The notes below the pieces were generated by a model, which had not been told where the DNA came from, made no database searches, and saw nothing but the letters and a program-made list of their open reading frames with translations. A program made the translations under genes and the position numbers. Shown here piece after piece: positions 50,600-63,594 of a DNA stretch of 64,000 bases (position 1 is the stretch's first letter; each line of letters begins with the position of its first letter). Source of the stretch: Octopus vulgaris (lineage: Eukaryota); the NCBI GenBank assembly GCA_951406725.2, contig OX597824.1:75144001-75208000 (forward strand), given 5' to 3'.

Positions 50600-51500
50600 T
50601 GAATCAATGAAGGAGCCAAGTGAATGAAAACAGTGAGTGAATGGAATGAGTTAATGACTGAGGGAATCAATAAATGAATAAGTCAGTGAAGAGTGAGTCA
50701 ATAAAGGAAGGAGTCAATGAAAGAGCGAGTCAATGAAGGAATGCATTAATGAAAAAGTTGGTTGGTGAAGAGGTGAGTTAATGGAGTGAGTTGATGAAGG
50801 AGTAAATTAATGGAGCAAGTTGATGAAGGAGTGAGTTGATGAAAGTATGACTTAATGAAGGAGTGAGTTGATGAAGGAATGAATTAATGGAGTTGACGAA
50901 GAAGTGAGGCAATGAAGGCATGAGTTGTTGAAGGAATGGAGTGGGTCAATGAAGAAGTGAGTCAATGGAGCGAGATGATGAAAGAGTGAGGCATTGAAGG
51001 AATGAGTTGTTGAAGGAATGGAGTGGGTCAATGAAGAAGTGAGTCAATGGAGGGAGTTGATGAAGGAGTGAGTTAATAGAGCAAGATGTTGAAAGAGTAA
51101 GTTGATGAAGGAGTGAGTTGATGAAAGTATGACTTAATGAAGGAGTGAACTGATGAAGGAATGAATCAATGGATTGAATTGATGAAGAAGTGAGGCAATG
51201 AAGGAATGGAGTGGGTCGATGAAGAAGTGGGTCAATGGAGAGAGTTGCTGAAGGAGTGAGTTGATGAAGGAATGAGTCAATGAAGGAGTGAATTGATGAA
51301 GGAATGAATTAATGGAGTGAGTTGACGAAGAAGTGAGGCAATGAAGGTATGAGTTATTGAAAGAATGGAGTGGGTCAATGGAGCGAGTTGAAGGAATGAG
51401 TCAATGAAGGAGAGAATAGACAAATGAATAGGTCAATGAAGAAGTAGGTTACCAGAGAATGAGCTAATGAAGTACTGAATCAATGAAGGAATGGAATTCT
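50600..51500. repeat. Purine-rich ~16-bp minisatellite
   Basis: Unit ~GATGAAGGAGTGAGTT with variants over ~900 bp. Confidence 0.9.
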
Positions 51501-51602
51501 TCAATCTACTTTTCCCTCCAAGTACCAATACCCTTGCTCTTATCTACAGCCCTGAATGAAGGAACTGAGCAAATGGAAAACATTGAAGAAATAAACCAAA
51601 GT

Positions 51603-51633
<31 letters not shown>

Positions 51634-51859
51634 GTTTAACGTCCGTTTTCCGCGCTAGCACGGGTTGGACGGTTCGACCGGGGTCTGGGAAGCCAGGGGC
51701 TGCACCAGGCTCCAGTAATCATAAGTCAATTGTAAGGTCTCTGTCCCTCGCTCATTCCCTCTTTCTCTCTCAGCTACACTGTGTTTATATGTATATTCCT
51801 GCATGCACGTACATTCATGAATGTATGTGTGTGTGTGTGTGTGTATGTGTGTGTCTGTG

Positions 51860-52304
51860 ATTGCCCCATCCATGCCAGGTTGAATGTCCAGTCAGCCGTG
51901 CCAAATTGTTAAGTGTCCAAACAGCTTTACTTAATCATCTCATTCCAATCGAAGAAGTGAGCCAAATAATAAGATACAGAGATACTCGACATGTTAGCAT
52001 CAGCAGGCAAATCTCCTTCAAATTTCAGCCTACTTCAGAAAAATAACAAGACAGATAGTTGGAAAGAGAAGGAATAACTTGGCCGATTCATGCAATGAAT
52101 AAAAGATTTTGGAAACAAAAAAATGCTGGCTATGGCTAACAGATGGAAAATTGAAACAAGAAATTGAATCTCTGATTATAGCTAGTCAGGAGAAAGCCAT
52201 TAGAACTAATTTGATAGAGCAAAGATTGATAAAACTAAGCCAGAGAGTAAACGCTGAATCTGTAGAAAAAGTGATGAAAGTATTAACCATCTGACTAGTG
52301 TGTG
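51860..52304 (+). mobile_element. R4/Dong-like LINE fragment
   Basis: WLWLTDGKLKQEIESLIIASQEKAIRTN; ICRKSDESINHLTSVC zinc-knuckle remnant. Confidence 0.75.
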
Positions 52305-52447
52305 TCATCATCTGATACAAGTTCACCTCCTCCAATACCCCTACCCCTTTCAAATGATTTTGGTCTTGCATGTTATTTGGTGACCCTGTCAGTGCAGGTG
52401 CCACTTAGAAAGCATCCAGTCAACATGTATGTATGTGTGTGTGTATG

Positions 52448-53218
52448 TATGTATGCATGTATGTATGGTGCAGGAGTGGCTGTGTGGTAAGTGTCTGTCA
52501 CGGGTATATTTGTTAAAAGATGGAAACCTGTGGAAAGTAAGTTGGGTGCGATTGGCACCAAGTAAGTGCATTCAAGATGAAAAGTAAAGGTTCTACCCAG
52601 GTGGCCGGATGCCTTTAGGGAATACATTGTGAATTGCAATGAACGTAAAATTAAAAAATTTTTTTAAACTATATATATGTATTGTTTCATGATTCCCCTA
52701 TCATCCAAAACTGTTTTTTAATCGATTAGCAGCTACTTCACCTTTTTATGTTTGTTTGCCTTTGTTCGTCTCCTCTTTGTAATGCCATCATGGCAAATTT
52801 GATGAAATAAAGTAGCTTCCTTACCAACCACATGGTTCTGGGTTCAGTCCCACTGCGTGGCAGCTTGGGCAAGAGTCTTCTACTATAGCCTCGGTCCACC
52901 AAAGCTTTGTGAGTGGATTTGGTAGACGGAAACTGAAAGAAGCCCGTCGTATATATATATGTATATATATGTATATATATATACATATATATGCGTGTGT
53001 GTGTGTTTGTGTGTCTGTGTTTGTCTCCCACAACATCGCTTGACAACTGACGCTGGTGTGTTTACGTCCCCGTAACTTAGCAGTTCAGCAAAAGAGATCG
53101 ATAGAATAAGTACTAGGCTTACAAAGAATAAGTCCTGGGGTCGAGTTGCTCGACTAAAGGCGGTGCTCCAGCATGGCCGCAGTCAAATGACTGAAACAAT
53201 TAAAAGAGTAAAAAGAGT
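52448..53218 (+). mobile_element. SINE B split by a ~320-bp insertion (52493-52810)
   Basis: Head stops at GGTAAGT and resumes AAGTAGCTT at ~52810. Confidence 0.85.
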
Positions 53219-53543
53219 ATGTATGTATGTGCGTATGTATATGCATATGAATGTATGTACACAGATAAACACACATACTTCATAACATGATCTTTAAGCT
53301 ACAACTACATTAAAAAATAAACAAACTTCTTTTCAAAAAAAAAAAAAGTAGGTTTATTACAAAAGGGAAAGAAAATGATGAATCTAAATTTCTCTTAAGA
53401 AAACTTAGAAATATCCAGTTTGCTCAGAAAAATTTCAATAAGCTTCTTTACAATAGGAAATGTCATGTGTGTGTGTGTGTTTGTTTGTCTGTCTTTCCAC
53501 TTATCAATCCATCCATCCATGCATATCTATCTATCTATCTATC

Positions 53544-53598
<55 letters not shown>

Positions 53599-54550
53599 TT
53601 ATTTATCTCACAAGAAAGATTGCATATGCAGACATTGTTTGTCAAAATTTCCTGTCTGTGGTTTGCTATGAATAAATGTTGTATATAGAAATATAAAGAA
53701 ATAGAAACTAATATATATTTTAATCTATTAAATTCAATATCGTTTTTACCTGATTTTGCTTAATTCATTCTTGCATATATATCTATATTTTTATGAAACA
53801 AAGCATTGCATATTCTGGCTATAAAACACAATGTCATGCACTAGTAATAACAACTCTCTCTCTCTCTTTCTCTGGTCAGCTAACCATGTACCTACCCTGC
53901 AACAAGATGCTTGTTTCTGTCTCTGTCTCACAATAACATTTCATCATCTGATACAAGTTCACCTCCTCCAATACCCCTACCCCTTTCAAATGATTTTGGT
54001 CTTGCATGTTATTTGGTGACCCTGTCAGTGCAGGTGCCACTTAGAAAGCATCCAGTCAACACTGTAAAATGGTTGGTGTGGCATTCTTTTGATACGAGTA
54101 CCGTTTACATCATGTGTATTTGTTTACATTTGACGAAGAAGATCGTCACTTTCTGCAAAATTTTTTTTTTATATATGTGGGGGTTAGGATTAGGGTTAGG
54201 GGTGGGGGGAAGGGTTTATTTTTTTTTCAGAAATGTAAATAAACCCACGTGGGTTTATAAGTGACAGCTATGTAACTAGTACTGAATGATTGCCGGTTGG
54301 TGTTTGGAAGGGCATCGAATTGACCTAACCAGTGCTTGTGCCATGTAAAAAACACTCAGTCCACTCTGTGAACTGTTTGGTGTTAGGAAGGGCATCCAGC
54401 TGTAAAAAACCCTGCAAAAACAGACACAGAAGTCTGGTGCAGGCTCCTACCTGGCCAGCTCTTGTCAAACCATCCAAGCCATGCCTGCATGGAAGGAGGA
54501 TTTCAGGCAATGATAATTATGATGATGATTTAAATGGTATTTAAGAAAAA

Positions 54551-54782
54551 GGTGGCGAGCTGGCAGAATCGTTAGCACGCCGGGCGAAATGCATAGCCGT
54601 ATTTCGTCTGCTGTTACGTTCTGAGTTCAAATTCTACCGATGTCGACTTTGCCTTTCATCCTTTCGGGGTCGATAAATTAAATAGCAGTTAAGCACTGGG
54701 GTCGATATAATCAACTTAATCCATTTGTCTGTCCTTGTTTATCCTCTCTGTGTTTAGCCCCTTGTGGGTAGTAAAGAAATAG
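54551..54782 (+). mobile_element. SINE family A with 19-bp TSD
   Basis: GATGATTTAAATGGTATTT at 54524-54542 and 54782-54800. Confidence 0.9.
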
Positions 54783-55021
54783 ATGATTTAAATGGTATTT
54801 TATTTTATTGACCTGGACAAATGAAAAGCAAAGTCGATTATGGTAAGATTTGAACACTGAATGTAAAGATAAAATAAGTACCAGTCAAACACTGGGGTCA
54901 ATGTAATCAGTTTGTCCCTGTAGTGTGACACAAGTGACACAACCATACCTGTCATTGTCAAGAAAACAAATGGTACAGTTCTATATTTAAGAGATGAGGA
55001 ATTATGTACATTATTTACATT

Positions 55022-55464
55022 ACTAGCAGTATAGCCCGGCGTTGCTCGGGTTTGTTTTTTAGTCGCGCTTAAAACGGCAGACTTTGATGTTGAGTTAACA
55101 AAGTTCTGACATAGTTTCAATCTTTTTTGAAAAGTAAAAATTTTGCATTATGTAGCTTGTTATTCTCTTTAAGCGAACATTTTTCTGGTTGAAATACACT
55201 GAAAAATGGCGAGACAGCAGTCAAAAATCGTAAAAAACAGGGATTTTCATAGAAAAAAAAGCACCTTTTTGATGTAAATAATTTTTGGTCTTAACATGGT
55301 CTGATTTGAATTTTTTCTTCTACGGAAGGAAGAGCAAGCCTTCTTCTATCATACTCTCAATTTTGGTCAACTTGTGCCGCTGGGTCTCGGAGGAGATAGT
55401 GTTAGTTGAAGGTCACCAAACCTGCCGCACACACACAGACAACTTCAGCTTTATATGTATAGAT
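55022..55464 (-). mobile_element. Non-autonomous Helitron inserted in a foldback MITE (~54975-55565)
   Basis: Family termini present; adjacent hairpin ATTTACATTCAACAGATATTTGTCCTC/GAGGACAAATATCTGTCGAATGTAAAT. Confidence 0.8.
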
Positions 55465-55862
55465 TTACATTCAACAGATATTTGTCCTCATCGTGTTTGT
55501 TGTTATGATGAGGACAAGACGAGGACAAATATCTGTCGAATGTAAATGATGTAAATAATGTAAAACAAATGGTGTTTTACAAATGGCATTCCGTACTGTA
55601 TTTGTTTTGTGTTGAGTTAGACATGCCTTTGTCATTCTCACTGTTAAAAATACAGAGAACAAGTGACTGGCCCATGGGAAACTAACGGTGATGTGTGTAA
55701 CTAATGATGGTATAGTTCACATGCTGGTGATATAGAATACATTAAATAAAAATATAAAAGTACATAAGAACTCTTGTTTGTCCTTTGCCTCAGTGTATTT
55801 GCAGTCTTGTGCAGGTTATTGGAAATTTTAGTCTGTCCCCTAACCATAGGAAATATTATTAA

Positions 55863-56083
55863 CCCTTTAGCATTTAAACCGGCCATATCCGGCCAAAAGT
55901 ATTCTGTCTGTTTTATGTTCAAACTGGCCAGATCTGGTCTCTCACACCAACCCTACAATGTCGTTTTAAAAATGAACAGCTACCTCATCAAAATCTCATA
56001 GCTACAAGATAATGCATGATTAGTTCAAAACAAAGTGGATAAAAAAGCATTAATTTCGGCAGAATAATGCAAACACTAAAGGG
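55863..56083 (+). mobile_element. piggyBac-type MITE
   Basis: TTAA-CCCTTTAG ... CTAAAGGG-TTAA. Confidence 0.85.
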
Positions 56084-56087
56084 TTAA

Positions 56088-56319
56088 GGCGGCAAGCTGG
56101 CAGAATCATTAGCATGCTGGGTGAAATGCTTAGCGGTATTTTGTCTACTGCTACATTCTGAGTTCAAATTCTGCCGAGGTCGACTTTGCCTTTCATCCTT
56201 TCAGGGTCGATTAAATAAGTACCAGTTACGCACTGGGGTCGATATAATTGACTTAGTTCATTTGTCTGTCCTTGTTTGTCCCCTCTGTGTTTAGCCCCTT
56301 GTGAGCAATAAAGAAATAA
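56088..56319 (+). mobile_element. SINE family A
   Basis: Full copy. Confidence 0.88.
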
Positions 56320-56689
56320 GGAAATAGTAAAACAAGCATACGTGGGAGGAATCTGCTATTGGCAAGATGAGAGGGTGTACCAAAGAAAAGTGGCAGTAAA
56401 AGGGTCAGTCAGTGAAAATAAAGTGATGAAGGATATTTTTGAAAATGCAGAAATAGGTATTTTGTCTATCTTCACATTCTGAGTTCAAGTTTCCACCGGG
56501 GTCAATTTTGCCTTTCATCCTTTCAGGGTTTTATCAACCCTGAAATAAGCACCAGTTGAGCACTGGGGTTGATGTAATTGAATTGCTGGCCTTATGCCAA
56601 AATCTGAAAGCATTATTATTATTATTATCATTATTATTATTATTATTATTAATAATAATATTACCTTTGATTTCATTCAGGTTTGATCT

Positions 56690-56940
56690 TATTCCTGGCA
56701 GGATTTATGTGGGTAGTGGATTACTATCTGTAACCTTAGGTATCCACTAGCTTTTCTTGCGCTCAGAACCCTCCTGATAATCTTGCCTATCCCTAGGAGG
56801 CAAACTTTCTGTAGAAGCTCTACAGGACATTCTATTCTAATCCCCTTCAACCAATTGTCTATGTCTTTGCTTACAGTTCCCAGTGCACTAATTATTAGGT
56901 ACAACCTTTACACTTTTCATACTCCAAATTCTTGCAGTCA
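56690..56940 (-). mobile_element. R4/Dong-like LINE extreme 3' end
   Basis: IISALGTVSKDIDNWLKGI..ELLQKVCLLGIGKIIRRVL, followed by a (TAA)n tail. Confidence 0.8.
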
Positions 56941-57369
56941 TCCTTTTGGGGTTGATGGAATAAGTCCCAGTTATACACTGGGCTCAATATAATCAACTAG
57001 CTCTCTCCCCCAAAATTTTATGCCTTGATTTGCTTAACTAAAGGCGGTGCTCCAGCATGGCCACAGTCATATGACTGAAACAAGTAAAAGAGTAAATCAT
57101 TTATGCAGGATGTTTGGCAAAAGCTGAACACGCACACATCGTTTTCTTCGGGACATTGTCTTCAGGCCTGACAAAATGTTTAGTGCATTTCATCAGACTT
57201 GTGTCCTGAGCTCAGATTTCACCGAAACTGAATTTGCCTTTCATCCTCTCAGGATTGATGAAATAAGTATCACTGAATAACTGAGATTGATGTAATTGAC
57301 TGACCAGTCCACTCAAAAACTGCTGGCTCTATGAAACCATTATTATTATCATTATTATTACTTTTTTTT

Positions 57370-57707
57370 TTTTTGACCCCCTTCGGTCAGACACTGACCA
57401 TGGGTTTGCACCTAGAGAGTTACCCTCTGAGGCACAAGTTTGGGCAAGGTTGTCTTATGGAAGACCAGCAGTCGCCCATGCATACCGGTCTCCCCTCTCC
57501 ACGTCACCGATGTTGTCCAAGGGAAAGGCAAGGGCCGATACAGCTTGGCACCTGTGACGTCGCAACTCATTTCTACAGCTGAGTGAACTGGAGCAACGTG
57601 AAATAAAGTGTCTTGCTCAAGAACACAACACGCAGCCCGGTCCAGGATTCAAGCTCACAACCTCACGATCGTAAGCTCGATGCTCTAACCACTGAGCCAC
57701 GCGCCTT
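57370..57707 (-). mobile_element. tRNA-headed SINE (C-type head, different body and tail)
   Basis: Minus strand reads GGCGCGTGGCTCAGTGGTTAGAGC..TTGAATCC..TTCTTGAGCAAGACAC. Confidence 0.8.
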
Positions 57708-57938
57708 AAAGAATTATTATTATTATTATTAATGGCATAATCACTGGCATGCAGGACAAAATGCTTAGCAGCATTGCGTCCACCTTTACATTCTGAGTTC
57801 AAAATCTGTTGAGGCCGACTTTGCTTTCCATCCTTTCAGGGTCAATGAAATAAATACCAGTTATGCACTGGGGTCGATGTAACTGACTTTCTCCTGCCCC
57901 CAAATTTCAAGCCACTGTACTGTACCTTAATAGAAAGA

Positions 57939-57986
57939 ACTACTACTACTACTACTCCTACCACTACTACCACCACCACCACCACC

Positions 57987-58039
<53 letters not shown>
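57939..58039. repeat. (TAC)n/(CAC)n microsatellite
   Basis: Direct reading. Confidence 0.95.
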
Positions 58040-58399
58040 GTTTTCTGTTGCTATTTTTTTGTTGTTGTAGCAGTAATTTTATTTATATTTTGACTATTAG
58101 TCTTATCAAAATATAAAATCAGTTGACCTTCAAGTACTGTAGTTTGCATAACTGGCAGCAAATGTGTGTGTGTGTGCGTGTGTGTGTGTGTGTGTCTGTG
58201 TGTGTGTTTGTATCACCATCAGTTTTTAATGCCCTCTTTTCCATTGCTTGCATGAGTCAGACAGAATTTACTGAGGCAGATTTTCTATGGCTGGATACCC
58301 ATCCTGACAACACTCATCTGTCTTCAAGCAAGGTAGCATTTCCTAATTGTCAGACATGTTTGTGTAAATTATTGGAAACAAATGACAGGGGTGTAACCA

Positions 58400-58948
58400 G
58401 CCCATTTATGCGTACCTTTCCTTCATTGGGCACTAAACTCTGTTTGCGAAGACCTGTTGAGGCAAGTGAAATCGAAATCGAAATCGAAATCAAATTCGAT
58501 GACTGGGATCCATGCTAATGGAGCTCTAAGAGTACCATCCAAGCGTGATCGTTGCCAGAGCAACAAGCTGGCCTCCGTGCTGGTGGCACGTAAAAGACAC
58601 CATTCGAGCGTGATCGTTACCTGTGTCACCTTACTGGCACTTGTGCTGGTGGCATGTGAAAAAACATTTGAGCAAGGTCGTTGCCAGTGCCGCTGGACTG
58701 GCTCCTGTGCAAGCGGCACATAAAAAGCACCATTTGAGTGTGGCCATTGCCAGTACTGCCTGACTGGCCCTTGTGCACTCACTACACTCTCGGAGTGGTT
58801 GGCGTTAGAAAGGGCATCCAGTTGCAGAAACTCTGCCAGATCAGATTGGAGCCTGGTGCAGCCATCTGGTTCGCCAGTTCCCAGTCAAATCGTCCAACCC
58901 ATGCCAGCATGGAAAGCAGATGTTAAACAATGATGGTGATGATGATGA
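58400..58948 (+). mobile_element. Family D element, long form
   Basis: Homologous to 20780-21322. Confidence 0.8.
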
Positions 58949-59035
58949 AATGACATAACTTGTCTGACAGTGATACTTGTTTACAGCTATGATACAATGT
59001 CAAGACAAGGAGAACGAAACATGTACATATATATA

Positions 59036-59427
59036 CTCTCTTTTACTCTTTTACTTGTTTCAGTCATTTGACTGTGGCCATGCTGGAGCACCGCCTTTAG
59101 TCGAGCAAATCGACCCCGGGACTTACTCTGTTGTAAGCCCAGTACTTATTCTATCGCTCTCTTTTGCCGAACCGCTAAGTGACGGGGACGTAAACACACC
59201 AGCATCGGTTGTCAAGCAATGCTAGGGGGACAAACACACATACACATACATATATATATATATATACGACAGGCTTCTTTCAGTTTCCGTCTACCAAATC
59301 CACTCACAAGGCATTGGTCAGCCCGGGGCTATAGTAGAAGACACTTGCCCAAGATGCCACACAGTGGGACTGAACCCGGAACCATGTGGTTGGTTAGCAA
59401 GCTACTTACCACACAGCCACTCCTGCA
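59036..59427 (-). mobile_element. SINE family B
   Basis: Full copy on the reverse strand. Confidence 0.9.
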
Positions 59428-59639
59428 TCATCAACAACAACATCATCATCATTATTTAAAGTCTGTTTTCCATGCTGGCATGGGTTGGATAGTTTGACAA
59501 GATCCAGTGAGACACAGGGTTGCAATGAGCTCCAGTGTCAACTTTAATATATATCATCATCATCGTTTAGCGTCCGCTTTCCATGCTAGCATATGTATAT
59601 ATTTTATATCATCTAAGTAATAACTTAATAGCATGCTTT

Positions 59640-61447
59640 CCAAAGCCCCCTCTTTCAGGTATTAGCTACATGGCAACATGGTTCAAGATTACTGCATCAA
59701 CCACAATTCCCTATTTCATAGAAAAGACTAATCTACAACAGTTTACCTCCTGATGCTCCACCATTGGACTATTTATTTTTATTTTTACTGAAAAGATTTT
59801 TTGAAACTATCATGGCGGAAACAAATAAATATGCTCAATGCATAGTTTCTATTTGTGGAAGACCTGATCCACTATGGCAGACAACTGATACAGCAGAAAT
59901 GCAAGCTTCTTTTTACTATAAACATTATGTTTGGTATCAAGCAGTTTCCTCAATTGTGGAACTGCTGGAGTCCTGATATAAGGTATGGTGATCCATATAT
60001 CTCCAAAATTATGTCTGACTATGATTAATTCATATATTGTTTATGTAAAAGAACACAAGTTACCTCTGCCATGAAATGACTATGGCCATTTGAAATTTTG
60101 AGTTGACATCACATCTCAGTTATGTTAGGGCTTTTCTCCCAGAAAACACAGATCTGGGAGAAAGGCAAAATTAACTGAGGTGGGTGTCAACAGAAAAAAT
60201 ATTGACTTCTATAAAGTGGAAAAAATAAATGGAAGGAAAAAAGTTTGCAGACTGTGTTTGCTGCAAAAAAAAAAAAAAAAAAACTGTGAAAGGATATCAG
60301 GTCAAGACCTCATATATGTGTTCATTTTACAAAGTGCCCTTGTGTAAAGGGTGCTTTGGACAGTTTCATGATAGAAATATGGCATAATTATATTTTGTTT
60401 GATAGTAATACTATTATATATTCCTTTCATTTTATTACAAACTAGCATTATGACCTGGCAACACCTGGTCATAGTGCTAGTGCATGCATATACAGCTGCG
60501 GGCATGCGCACATACATGCGAGTACTGTCCAAATCTCCGACCAATCACATACAGCTAGCTGGCATTCAATTGGCGTATCAAGTTTCGGGCATTTTGATTG
60601 GGTTTTGGATAGAAAATTCACAAAAAAGTCACTTCTATTGATTTTTTAATGGCTTTGTGTGCTTGTGACTGGGGAAATGTAAAGATGTGCACGACCACCA
60701 TTGGACGGTTTTGAATGACCATAGAAAGTGCGAACCCTCTAACTGAAAAATTGTGTATTTGTATAAAGGACACACACACAGACATTTTGCCGTTTATATA
60801 TATAGAGATAATATGTGAAAGTGAGAAATACATATTAAGTTTCAGTATGTTACACACCTGTATTCATCTTTGTCTCACCTATTAATGAGCTTTTTTATTA
60901 GATGCATTCTGTTATATAAATGTATCTATCAAATTGTATAAGAGTGCATAGCTAATAGTATATTGACTAGTAAAAGAGTTTTGTACTTTATTTTCAATGA
61001 AAATGTTTGAATGAAATATAGAGAAAGAAAGAAATCTTGTACCGATTACACCTGTGTTTTAATTAATTCGAATTAATGTACCTCATTTTGAAAAGTGGCA
61101 AAATTATTGGTGCTTGACATCTGTGTTAGTTTTAGTAATAAATCAAACAGGTAAGATGCATTAAGAATTTCAATTTTAGTGTTTATCCATAATGTTATTG
61201 CTTTTACACTTGTTAATTAAATTTACAAGCCCATAAAAATTCAAATTTAAACAGAAAGATCAACTAAAATTATATAACTATAAACCACTGGTATATAAGC
61301 ATCCACTGACAAAATTTACAATCTGTATGTAAAACGTTTACCGAGTTACAAGTAAATATTGTGGACACCCCTCTTGAACCTGAATAAGTCAAAATAATGT
61401 GAACAAATAAGCATTACATTTGACAGATTAATCTGAGCACTAAAGGG
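59640..61447 (+). mobile_element. Decayed, internally deleted piggyBac transposon
   Basis: PLDYLFLFL..IMAETNKYA..WQTTDTAEMQA; C-terminal TSYMC..KVPLCKGCFGQFH; end CTAAAGGG-TTAA at 61440-61451. Confidence 0.8.
60441..60809 (-). mobile_element. Non-autonomous Helitron (second family) nested in the piggyBac relic
   Basis: Minus strand runs from TCTCTATATATATAAA to a hairpin plus CTAG; a similar 5' end occurs at ~26300-26348. Confidence 0.65.
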
Positions 61448-61609
61448 TTAATCTGTTCAATATGTAGAAAAGATGTTGGTACAAAGAGAAATTTCATATC
61501 GTGTATGTACTGCAAGCTATAGATACATAAGAGGTGCAGTGGAATCACAGAAAGGTTAACAAGAATGTAGTCTTTGTTATGGTAGACGTGCAGGATCTAT
61601 AAACTCTAA

Positions 61610-62020
61610 GAAGACATGGGAAATAGATTCCCTCAAATGAATTCTCTCAAAAAATGCCGCCGCAGTGGTGATCTCATTCTCGCTCACAACATCATAAGCG
61701 GAAAGTGTAACCTCTCGAAAGAGCTGTTCTTCACTCCTGCTCCAGAGCGTAGGCTGCGGAGTCACTCCGAAAAGCTCTATCTACGACAATTTCATCTCAA
61801 TCGAAGGAGGGGCTTTCTCCGTCCGTCTGGGTTGCGGATCCGTGGAATAAGCTGCCGGACGAGATAGTGAAGATGCCGACGACCGCTCGGTTCAAAGTCT
61901 CTCTAGACCAGAAATGGCCCGAACTCTTTGTATGACCACCCTCTCTGTACATAACTCCCTGTCCCCCTACATGGCCTTGCTTTTGCTTTTTGAGCCAATA
62001 AAAATTGAATTGAATTGAAT
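61610..62020 (+). mobile_element. CR1-group LINE 3' end
   Basis: SLKKCRRSGDLILAHNII..RLRSHSEKL..WNKLPDEIV..RFKVSLDQKW; AATAAA plus (AATTG)n tail. Confidence 0.85.
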
Positions 62021-62029
62021 AGTAGGATC

Positions 62030-63272
62030 CTTAGAGGTAGTAGACAGTTTCTGTTACTTAGGTAACCTAAATAACAGTAGAGGAGGATGATCTGAAAGCA
62101 TAGTTGCTAGAAAAAGAGCTGGCTTGGGTAAGATCAGAGAGCTATTACCTTTGTTGGTAAAGAGTGAAAGGCAGATTATATGATGTTTGTGTCAAATGCA
62201 GATTGCATGATGTGAATGCATGATGCTTGTGTACATGGTAGTGAAACATGGGAAGTGAATATAGAAGGCATGCAAAAACTTGAAAAAAATAAAGCTAGCA
62301 TGCTTTGCTGTATGTGCAATGCCAGTGTGAATGTATGACAGCGTGTTGAGAGAAAAGCTGGGTATATATAAGAGGACTATACGTATTGTGCAAGTGAGAA
62401 CGCTGCACAGGTATGATCGAGTGATGTGTCTGGATGAGGATAGCTGCATGACAAGTACCAGTCACTAAATTCTGATGGAATCTGTGGAAGAAGAAACCCA
62501 GGAAGATGTGGGGCAAAGTGGTGAAAAATGATCCTCAGATGTTGGGTCACAGAGATGACAAAGAACAAAGTTGACCGGCCGGCAATTTGCTGTGCTTGAG
62601 AAGACCTGTCCATCTAAATAAAACTAAGGTCCCATGTCATTTATGTCTCTGCCCCTGATAAATCTCCCCCTCCCCCACAACACATCTTCCTAACACCCCT
62701 CCCTCCATCTGTGTTCACTCATTATACTCTCTCTGTCCTTCTTTCACTTTCCTTTCTCACTCTAACGAACTTACCTGCCCACTCAATGTCTTCAATTCTC
62801 TGTACCAATTCACGTATATACATTTCCCCTGCAACCTGAGAATATGCCCTAACACATCATCTTCACCATCTTCTATCTCTCTTCTCCCTCTCAACAAGGG
62901 CAGCCATGTATCACCACTACAGCAAGATACCTGGTTCTGTCCCTCTGTCATTCACTAATCTCTCATCCCCTGGCACAAACTACTTCCCTCAATACTACTC
63001 TCTACCCCCGCTCAGTTGAGGGGTCTTGTTTTGCAAGTAACTGGGTGACCTGACTAGAGCTGGTGCCACAAAGTAAAAAAAAAAAGCACCCAGTACACTC
63101 TGTAAATTGGCTGGTGTTAGTTAGGGCACCCAAACATAGAAGCCATGCCAAGACAGCCTATAGAGCTTGGTGCAGTCTTCTGGCCTGCTAGCCCTTGTCA
63201 AACCATACAACCCTCCCCAGTATGGAAAGCAGATATTAAATGCCGATGATGATGATGATGATGATGATGATG
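62030..63272 (+). mobile_element. Degenerate RTE LINE 3' third with UTR and (GAT)n tail
   Basis: LEVVDSFCYLG..RELLPLL..HGSETW..GRRNPGR; tail matches family D. Confidence 0.8.
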
Positions 63273-63362
63273 TGTGCATATGTGTAAGGTGTTATTTGAA
63301 GGAGATGTCGCTGCTGTTTCTAGCAGGCCCAGTGACCATGTAGAATCTCTCTTTCTCTGCCA

Positions 63363-63594
63363 GGCGGCGAGCTGGCAGAAACGTTAGCAAGCCGGGCGAA
63401 ATGCGTAGCCGTATTTCGTCTGCCGTTACGTTCTGAGTTCAAATTCCGCCGAGGTCGACTTTGCCTTTCATCCTTTCGGGGTCGATAAATTAAGTACCAG
63501 TTACACATTGGGGTCAATGTAATCGACTTAATCCCTTTGTCTGTCCTTGTTTGTCACCTCTATGTTTAGCCCCTTGTGGGTAGTAAAGAAATAA
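63363..63594 (+). mobile_element. SINE family A, near-consensus
   Basis: CpGs retained; TSD AGAATCTCTCT. Confidence 0.9.

Noticed and set aside
51550-51600. Possible plus-strand mini-exon after TCTTATCTACAG
   Set aside because: Resembles the adjacent minisatellite and has a weak donor.
54180-54215. TTAGGG-like repeats
   Set aside because: Only two or three units inside a small insertion; not a telomeric array.
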